This document shows, one piece after another, positions 57,776 through 64,000 of a stretch of DNA of 64,000 nucleotides. Under the pieces are notes generated by a model. It did not search any database, had not been told where the DNA came from, and was given only the letters and a program-made list of their open reading frames with translations. The first letter of the stretch is position 1. Each line of letters starts with the position of its first letter. The stretch is from an uncultured Poribacteria bacterium (GTDB lineage Bacteria > Poribacteria > WGA-4E > WGA-3G). The DNA is taken from assembly GCA_958295855.1 (NCBI GenBank), contig OY282383.1, forward strand, positions 183,178-247,177, given 5' to 3'. Made by a program: the position numbers and the translations under genes.

Positions 57776-58756
57776 ATGCAACACGCCTTTATTTTTCCAG
57801 GACAAGGTTCGCAAAAAGTTGGCATGGGCGCTGAATTGGCACGAACCTATCCAATTGCCGAGGACGTTTTTGATGAGGCAGAGACAGTTTTAGGCAGACC
57901 ACTACGGCAGCTCTGTTTCCACGGCCCTGAGGCAGAACTAAAGCGGACAGAAAACACGCAACTTGCCATTTTGGCCTGTAGTGTTGCAACGTTGCGGGTG
58001 TTAGCACAATTAGGGGTTGTGCCGAAAGTAGTTGCAGGGCACAGTTTGGGAGAGTACTCCGCGCTCGTGGCGGCCGGTGTCCTTGAATTTGCCGATGCAT
58101 TGCAGTTAGTGTGCGCACGCGCACACTTCATGGCAGAAGCCGGTGCCAATGGTATAAACCCCTGTTTACAGGGGCAAATACCACCGCAGAACGGCACCAT
58201 GGCAGCAATCCTCGGCATGGAAACGGAACAACTCCAAAATCTTTGTGAGAAAGCTAATGGTGTTGTTAACATCGCCAATTACAACTGCCCCGGGCAATTG
58301 GTAATTTCCGGAGAAGTTGATGCTGTCAACCATGTTATTGCGCTCGCCAAGGGTGAAATCGGCGCAAGACGCTGTCGCACTTTGCCCGTAAGTGGCGCGT
58401 TTCACTCACCGTTGATGGCACCTGCACAACAAAAGTTCGGCGAGGCACTGAATGCAGTGACGTTGCATCCGCCTCAAGTCGCTATCGCGATGAACGTAAC
58501 AGGCGAGTTTGCCACAGATGCAGATAATATCCGAAGCCTCTTGTTTCAACAGATAACGCAACCCGTTCAGTGGGAGAAATCTCTGCACACTATGGCGAAG
58601 GCCGGCATCTCACATTTTGTGGAGGTTGGCCCGGGGAAAGTCTTGTGTGGCTTAGTGAACCGGACGCTCCGTGGCAGCAGTACCGCACATATTGAAGATA
58701 TCGACAGTCTTGAGGTTTTTCGTCATTCCTTGCGGAGTAATCAGGACGCAAGATAG
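57776..58756 (+). CDS. fabD: Malonyl-CoA:ACP transacylase
   Basis: ORF 57767..58756. Start set at MQHAFIFPGQGSQ. GHSLGEYSA active site. In-frame palindromic element at 58151-58182. The last 12 codons come from a repeat module. Confidence 0.9.
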   Translation: MQHAFIFPGQGSQKVGMGAELARTYPIAEDVFDEAETVLGRPLRQLCFHGPEAELKRTENTQLAILACSVATLRVLAQLGVVPKVVAGHSLGEYSALVAAGVLEFADALQLVCARAHFMAEAGANGINPCLQGQIPPQNGTMAAILGMETEQLQNLCEKANGVVNIANYNCPGQLVISGEVDAVNHVIALAKGEIGARRCRTLPVSGAFHSPLMAPAQQKFGEALNAVTLHPPQVAIAMNVTGEFATDADNIRSLLFQQITQPVQWEKSLHTMAKAGISHFVEVGPGKVLCGLVNRTLRGSSTAHIEDIDSLEVFRHSLRSNQDAR

Positions 58757-59075
58757 CTCCCACAATACACTGTAGATCTCGTCGGAGGTTTTCGTCATTC
58801 CTTGCGGAGTAATCAGCATGGGTATGAAACCCCTGCTTTGCAGGGGCAAATACCATTGGCAAGATAGTTCTCACAATACACTGTAGATCTCGTCGGAGGT
58901 TTTCGTCATTCCTTGCGGAGTAATCAGCATGGGTATGAAACCCCTGCTTTGCAGGGGCAAATACCATTGGCAAGATAGTTCTCACAATACACGGTAAATC
59001 TCGTCGGAGGTTTTCGTCATTCCTTGCATGAGAAATCTCCGACGAGATCTGCCACAACGTCACAACTACAACCTT
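58717..59075. repeat. Tandem composite repeats of about 113 bp (TTTTCGTCATTCCTTGCGGAGTAATCAGCATGGGTATGAAACCCCTGCTTTGCAGGGGCAAATACCATTGGCAAGATAGTTCTCACAATACACTGTAGATCTCGTCGGAGG), two full copies plus partials
   Basis: Unit starts at 58717, 58789, 58902 and 59015. Confidence 0.9.
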
Positions 59076-59108
59076 AGAACTAGGCAATGACAAAAGATTA
59101 GGAACGAC

Positions 59109-59846
59109 ATGCTAATAGGAAAAACAGCAATTGTTACAGGTGCGTCGCGCGGCATCGGTGCCGAGATCGCTCGCAAACTTTGTGAGGCCGGTGCAAACGT
59201 TGCTCTCTGTTCGCGTTCCGCCGAGGCGGTTGCACAAATCGCCGATATGTTGCAGAGTGAAGGCCACACCGCTATCCATCAGGCTGCCGATATCTCTCAA
59301 AAAGCAGATGTTGAAGCCTTTATCAAGATGGTGCTTGACCGGTTTTCACAGCTCGACATCCTTGTAAATAACGCTGGTATTACCCGCGATACCTTGCTCA
59401 TGCGCCTCAAAGATGCGGACTGGGATACTGTACTACAGACAAATCTCACAGGCACTATGTATTGCACCCGTGCAGTACTTCGCCCGATGATACGTCAGAA
59501 AAGCGGACGAATTATCAATATTTCGTCAGTGGTTGGCATCGTGGGAAACGCAGGACAAGCGAATTACGCCGCCGCGAAAGCGGGTATCATCGGATTGACA
59601 AAAGCCACCGCGAAAGAGGTTGGCGCGCGCGGCATTACCGTGAACGCTATTGCTCCCGGCTTTATTACCACCGATATGACAGCACAAATACCGGAACAGA
59701 ATCAGAAACAACTGCTTGAACTGATTCCATTACGCGAATTTGGCCGCCCAGAAGATGTGGCAGACGCTGTCTGCTTTTTGGCATCTGATGCCGCACGTTA
59801 CATCACCGGCCAAACCCTCCAGGTTGATGGGGGCATGGTGATGTAG
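59109..59846 (+). CDS. fabG: 3-oxoacyl-ACP reductase
   Basis: 245 aa. TGASRGIG NAD(P)-binding motif. YxxxK catalytic motif. Confidence 0.9.
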   Translation: MLIGKTAIVTGASRGIGAEIARKLCEAGANVALCSRSAEAVAQIADMLQSEGHTAIHQAADISQKADVEAFIKMVLDRFSQLDILVNNAGITRDTLLMRLKDADWDTVLQTNLTGTMYCTRAVLRPMIRQKSGRIINISSVVGIVGNAGQANYAAAKAGIIGLTKATAKEVGARGITVNAIAPGFITTDMTAQIPEQNQKQLLELIPLREFGRPEDVADAVCFLASDAARYITGQTLQVDGGMVM

Positions 59847-59944
59847 TGGTATCTGCCCCTATAAACAGGGGTAAATACCTTTACTGATATAGCCCTAAAT
59901 CCTGCCTGTAAAAGGCAGACAAAGAGGAGATCAAATAACCGATT

Positions 59945-60181
59945 ATGGAAACCACAAACCAAGAACGCCTTACTGAAATTATTGCACAACAACTCGGTGT
60001 TGATGCAGATAACGTAACCCCAGATGCCTCCTTTATGGAAGACCTGGGAGCAGATTCACTTGATACCGTTGAACTGGTTATGGCACTTGAAGAGGAATTC
60101 GATCTCGAAATCCCCGACAGCGATGCTGAGAAAATTCAGACTGTTCAAGATGCCCTCAACTACCTAGACGAACACGTGTAG
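59945..60181 (+). CDS. acpP: Acyl carrier protein
   Basis: 78 aa. [20 protein letters not shown] phosphopantetheine-attachment motif. Confidence 0.95.
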   Translation: METTNQERLTEIIAQQLGVDADNVTPDASFMEDLGADSLDTVELVMALEEEFDLEIPDSDAEKIQTVQDALNYLDEHV

Positions 60182-60322
60182 CGTCACATTTGACGTATGG
60201 GCAGTGCCACAGTTGCCAATAACCCAACGAAGTTGGGCTATTGCCTTGTGCCTGCCCGCAACTGAACTGGCAATTGCCCCTGCTTTGCAGGGGTTAATAC
60301 CACTAAAAAAAGGATCCGTCTC

Positions 60323-61564
60323 GTGGAGCGTGTAGTTATTACAGGAATCGGCGTTCTCAACGCCATTGGCAACTCGAAAGACGAATTTTGGGAGGCACTT
60401 GCCATCGGTAAAAACGGAATCGGACCTTTAACCCATTTTGATGCCACCGATCATCGCACCCAAATCGCAGGTGAGGTTAAGAATTTTCAACCGGAAAAGT
60501 ACCTGGATAGGAAAGCTACGTCCCGGTACCCGCTTTTCATTCAGTATGCCCTTGTCGCAGCAATCATGGCGTTTGAAGACGCAGAGCTGGAGCTGTCCAA
60601 GGTGAACCCTTACCGTGCGGGAGTCCAAATCGGTTCAGGGATCGGCGGCATCGGTGTCCTTGAAGACAACGCAAAAATCCTCGCTGAAAAGGGGGCCAAA
60701 CGCGTTAGCCCATTTCTTGTGCCGTACATGATCATTAATATGGCAGCGGGCCTGGTCTCCATCCATTTTAATCTCAAAGGACCCAATTCTGCGTCCGTCA
60801 CCGCATGTGCAAGCGCGAACCATTCTATGGGTGATTCGTTTCGCATGATTCAACGCGGTGAAGTAGATGTCATGTTTACTGGCGGTACAGAATCGGCGAT
60901 TACGCCTTTAGCTTTCGCGGGATTCGGTTCCATGCGGGCGATGTCCGCGCGAAACCATGAACCTGAACGCGCCTCGCGCCCCTTCAACAAGGACAGAGAC
61001 GGATTTGTCATGGGCGAAGGGGCGGGAATATTAATCCTGGAATCGCTATCGCATGCTAAAAAGCGGGGTGCCCATATCTATGCCGAAATAATCGGTTATG
61101 GTATGACTTCAGATGCTCACGATATGGTGAGCCCGCCTGAAAACGGTGAAGGCGCCGCGAAAGCGATGGAATTCGCACTCCGAGATGCTGGATTGCCCTT
61201 AGATGCCGTCGATTATATCAATGCTCACGGTACCTCTACCCCAATTGGCGATGTCGCGGAAACCAACGCCATTAAAACCCTTTTCGGCGAGCACGCTTAC
61301 AACATTCCGGTAAGTTCTACTAAATCTATGGTTGGACATCTGCTCGGCGCAGCGGGCTCCGTTGAACTCATTGCCTGCTTAGGCGGAATGGCGAAGGGCT
61401 ATCTGCCACCTACTATCAACTATGACATGCCAGATGAAGCCTGCGACCTGGATTATGTCCCGAACGAAAGCCGCGAGGCAAAGATTGACATCGCGCTCTC
61501 CAATGCGTTCGGATTCGGAGGACACAACACCTCTATCGCCATCCGCAAATTTTCAGGCCTGTAG
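60323..61564 (+). CDS. fabF: 3-oxoacyl-ACP synthase II
   Basis: 413 aa KAS-II. Active-site Cys (ACASANHS), HGTST and GHLLGAAG motifs. Confidence 0.9.
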   Translation: MERVVITGIGVLNAIGNSKDEFWEALAIGKNGIGPLTHFDATDHRTQIAGEVKNFQPEKYLDRKATSRYPLFIQYALVAAIMAFEDAELELSKVNPYRAGVQIGSGIGGIGVLEDNAKILAEKGAKRVSPFLVPYMIINMAAGLVSIHFNLKGPNSASVTACASANHSMGDSFRMIQRGEVDVMFTGGTESAITPLAFAGFGSMRAMSARNHEPERASRPFNKDRDGFVMGEGAGILILESLSHAKKRGAHIYAEIIGYGMTSDAHDMVSPPENGEGAAKAMEFALRDAGLPLDAVDYINAHGTSTPIGDVAETNAIKTLFGEHAYNIPVSSTKSMVGHLLGAAGSVELIACLGGMAKGYLPPTINYDMPDEACDLDYVPNESREAKIDIALSNAFGFGGHNTSIAIRKFSGL

Positions 61565-61704
61565 GAGCCATCTCCGAGTGGCATTTAGCCCCTGCAAAGC
61601 AGGAGTATTATCCTTATCGCGACTTAGGATGACATCCATAATCAAGGCCCACTAATTGTTATCTCTGGAAACCTCGGTGGTGATGCCAAACCATTGGAGA
61701 CTCT

Positions 61705-62244
61705 ATGCCTTTAGCATACATCGGCTTCGGAAGCAACATCGGCGACAAACAGAAGTACATTCATAACGCCATCAGGGCCTTATCAAAAGTGGAGGGAATC
61801 GACCTGCAAAAGATTTCCTCCCTCTACAAAACCGACCCCGTAGGATATGAGGCGCAAGCACAATTTCTGAACGGTGTTGCTGCAATTCAAACCTGCCTTC
61901 CTCCACTCCCATTGTTACACACCCTGAAAAACATAGAAACCGAAGTGGGCAGACAACACCGCACCCGTTGGGGCCCAAGAGAGATCGACCTGGATGTGCT
62001 GATGTATGGGGATGTGTGTCTCCGTACGCCTCAGCTCGTTATTCCTCACCCACAGATGCACCTTCGCGGTTTTGTGCTGGTCCCGCTCGCCGACATCGCA
62101 CCGGATGTTGTGCATCCTGTTTTTCAAGAAACCATTTCGTCATTGCTTAGCTCCAGCAGTTTCCGCAGTAGTTGTAACGCAGTGGAAAAAGAGCAGAAAC
62201 CATTGGAACTAGGCATGGACAAAAAAACGAGATCTTCAACGTAG
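61705..62244 (+). CDS. folK: 2-amino-4-hydroxy-6-hydroxymethyldihydropteridine pyrophosphokinase (HPPK), with a C-terminal extension of about 30 aa partly encoded by a repeat copy
   Basis: HPPK motifs: [37 protein letters not shown]. The tail ...[11 protein letters not shown] is read from a CTAGGCATGGACAAAAA repeat copy. Confidence 0.8.
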   Translation: MPLAYIGFGSNIGDKQKYIHNAIRALSKVEGIDLQKISSLYKTDPVGYEAQAQFLNGVAAIQTCLPPLPLLHTLKNIETEVGRQHRTRWGPREIDLDVLMYGDVCLRTPQLVIPHPQMHLRGFVLVPLADIAPDVVHPVFQETISSLLSSSSFRSSCNAVEKEQKPLELGMDKKTRSST

Positions 62245-62280
62245 TGTAGGGGTAGGGTTTCCTTGTGCCTACCCTTAACA

Positions 62281-62318
62281 CTACAGAACGCAGTCAACGC
62301 GCTAGGCATGGACAAAAA
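62281..62318. repeat. 38-bp element CTACAGAACGCAGTCAACGCGCTAGGCATGGACAAAAA (left, direct orientation)
   Basis: Partial copies at 62208-62244 and 62598-62637. An inverted copy at 63189-63226. Confidence 0.85.
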
Positions 62319-62342
62319 TGGAGGGCAATACGCTGAAAAAAC

Positions 62343-62371
62343 TTGCAATCTCCACTTCTATGTGGTATAAT
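62343..62371 (+). promoter_or_regulatory. Near-consensus sigma70 promoter: TTGCAA, 17-bp spacer, TGgTATAAT (extended -10)
   Basis: Reads into a 270-nt leader upstream of the Uma2 gene that contains only tiny ORFs. Confidence 0.5.
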
Positions 62372-62643
62372 TTACAACAAAGAGCAATGTTTTTTCCACG
62401 GGTCCCAACTATATGAAGCCGGTAAATATGGTTTTTCTAATCTCCATGAAGAGCACCGGAGTTACAAATAAAGGAGCCGCGTGAGTCCTGAATCAACAAG
62501 ACTTCGTAAGAGTTTTGTAGTACACGCTCAAAAATACGCTTGATACATAGACAAAAAATCAGGAATCTCCGACGAGATTAAAAATGCCATTACCACTACA
62601 TAACGCAGTCAACGCACTAGGCATAGACAAAAAACTCGCTAAG

Positions 62644-63153
62644 ATGACGGTAGAAGAATTCCTTGAAAGCGGCTTAGAGGGATATGAATACGTGAAAGGA
62701 GAATTAGTGCCGATGCCGCCTACCTCATTAGAACACGGGGATATTAGTCTAAACCTCCTTTTGCCTTTAGGTTCATATTGTCGTGAAAATCAACTCGGGC
62801 GTGTCTATAGCTCAGATACAGGCTTCCGAGTCGGCGAACGGGTACTGATGCCAGACATAGCTTTCATCTCAACAGACCGGCTTCCGACTGACCGGAGCAA
62901 AGCTTCCCCGGTTCCCCCAGACCTCGCCGTTGAGGTAGTTTCTCGGACAGATGCATTGCACAGTGTTGAGGAAAAAGCATTTGCCTACCTAGAGGCAGGC
63001 ACACAACTCGTATGGGTGCTTAAGCCACGGTCAAAAACAGTGACGGTGTATCGTTCGGAAACAGACATCACGCTGCTCACACGAAATGACACTCTCACCG
63101 GTGAGAATGTCATCAAAGGGTTTTCTTGTCGGGTAGCCGAAATTTTCCAATAA
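62644..63153 (+). CDS. Uma2-family (DUF820) PD-(D/E)xK endonuclease
   Basis: ORF 62584..63153. Its first 20 codons lie in a repeat copy, so the start is set at MTVEEFLESG. Family hallmarks: PDIAFIS...PDLAVEVVS...K. Confidence 0.6.
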   Translation: MTVEEFLESGLEGYEYVKGELVPMPPTSLEHGDISLNLLLPLGSYCRENQLGRVYSSDTGFRVGERVLMPDIAFISTDRLPTDRSKASPVPPDLAVEVVSRTDALHSVEEKAFAYLEAGTQLVWVLKPRSKTVTVYRSETDITLLTRNDTLTGENVIKGFSCRVAEIFQ

Positions 63154-63188
63154 TAGCAACCTTGCAAGCGTGCCAAAAAAATAGCGTG

Positions 63189-63226
63189 TTTTTGTCCATG
63201 CCTAGTGCGTTGCCTGCGTTCTGTAG
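63189..63226. repeat. Inverted copy of the 38-bp element (TTTTTGTCCATGCCTAGTGCGTTGCCTGCGTTCTGTAG)
   Basis: Reverse complement of 62281-62318 with 3 mismatches; together the two copies bracket the Uma2 gene. Confidence 0.85.
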
Positions 63227-63347
63227 TCTTAACCGCGTTGAAGATCTCGTCGGAGTGTTTTTACGCATTCGCTAATTATTTAACAACAACTTACTCATTT
63301 TCAAGTTTTCAATGCGTGCTGACTTTCTCCTAATTAATGGAAAAAAC

Positions 63348-64000
63348 ATGAACATCCACGAATACCAAGCCAAAGCAATTCTAAAATCTTACGGGGTGAA
63401 CACGGGCCCAGGCAACGTCGCTGAAACGCCTGAGCAAGCGGAAGCGGTTGCAAAGCAGCTTCATTGTGCCCAATACGTCGTCAAGGCACAGATTCACGCT
63501 GGCGGGCGCGGAAAGGGCGGCGGCATCAAACTCGCCAAGAACATCGCCGAAGTTAGACAACACGCGGAAGCTATCCTCGGCATGCAGTTGGTAACACCCC
63601 AAACCGGCCCCGAAGGAAAACGTGTCCGGAAAGTATTCATCACCGAAGCCGCTGAACTTGAGAAAGAGTTCTACCTCGCCATTCTGCTGGATCGGGAGAC
63701 CTCAAAACTCACTTTAATAGGAAGTGCCGAGGGGGGTGTCAACATTGAGGAGGTTGCAGCCCGAACCCCCGAAAAGATTATTAGGTTGCAGATTGATTCC
63801 GACTTCGGTTTGGTGCCATTTCAAGCAAGACAATTCGCGTATAGATTGATAACCTCTGCGCTATATCACGAAGTCATCCCCAAAGCCACCGAGCTCATTC
63901 TATCACTTTACGCTGCCTTTACCGCATGCGATTGCTCGTTAGTAGAGATTAACCCATTGGCAATTGTCAAGACAGATGATGGACTGGACATCGCCGCAAT
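63348..64000 (+). CDS. sucC: Succinate--CoA ligase (ADP-forming) subunit beta, 5' partial (continues past the window end)
   Basis: MNIHEYQAKAILKSYGV...AQIHAGGRGKGGG, the ATP-grasp N-terminus typical of SucC. Confidence 0.85.
   Translation, partial: MNIHEYQAKAILKSYGVNTGPGNVAETPEQAEAVAKQLHCAQYVVKAQIHAGGRGKGGGIKLAKNIAEVRQHAEAILGMQLVTPQTGPEGKRVRKVFITEAAELEKEFYLAILLDRETSKLTLIGSAEGGVNIEEVAARTPEKIIRLQIDSDFGLVPFQARQFAYRLITSALYHEVIPKATELILSLYAAFTACDCSLVEINPLAIVKTDDGLDIAA

Noticed and set aside
58717-59075. Regularly spaced repeats that might suggest a CRISPR array
   Set aside because: The units are about 113 bp, are themselves composites of the dispersed module families, and have no short unique spacers between them; the same modules occur singly all over the window. 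No cas genes are present.

Overview
This window is a chromosomal core region from a moderate-GC bacterium, possibly of the Planctomycetes/PVC type given a DUF1549/DUF1553 protein, but the taxon is not asserted. Genes identified: rpoB and rpoC (both very large, with lineage-specific insertions), an EF-G (fusA-type), lon, fumC, hom, yceD-rpmF-fabH-fabD-fabG-acpP-fabF (no plsX), folK, start of sucC, tRNA-Pro(GGG), an HtrA protease, tandem Hsp20 genes, an aquaporin, an oligopeptide ABC binding protein and permease, and assorted metabolic genes. Nucleic-acid-targeting genes are scattered singly: an Rpn/Transposase_31 nuclease, a single-chain MmeI-like (Type IIL) restriction-modification enzyme, an orphan DUF1156 DNA methyltransferase and a Uma2-family endonuclease. 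The dominant feature is a dense, combinatorial system of short repeat modules (at least 8 families) filling almost every intergenic gap. The modules do more than occupy spacers. (i) A 33-bp perfect palindrome (GGTATTTGCCCCTGC-TTT-GCAGGGGCAAATACC) is inserted IN-FRAME inside essential genes: rpoC (two copies in SI3), a degenerate copy in rpoB, fusA, fabD, and the tails of two other genes. This resembles the Rickettsia palindromic elements. (ii) One module (TTTTCGTCATTCCTTGCGGAGTAATCAG) supplies stop codons and C-terminal tails in the forward orientation, and the Shine-Dalgarno sequence in the reverse orientation. (iii) A hairpin module encodes the identical C-terminus VVGTLRVP* of both DNA methyltransferase genes. 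(iv) A 184-bp composite unit carrying a near-consensus promoter is triplicated upstream of fumC. In addition, the rpoC trigger-loop insertion (about 800 aa) carries a complete HNH nuclease motif.
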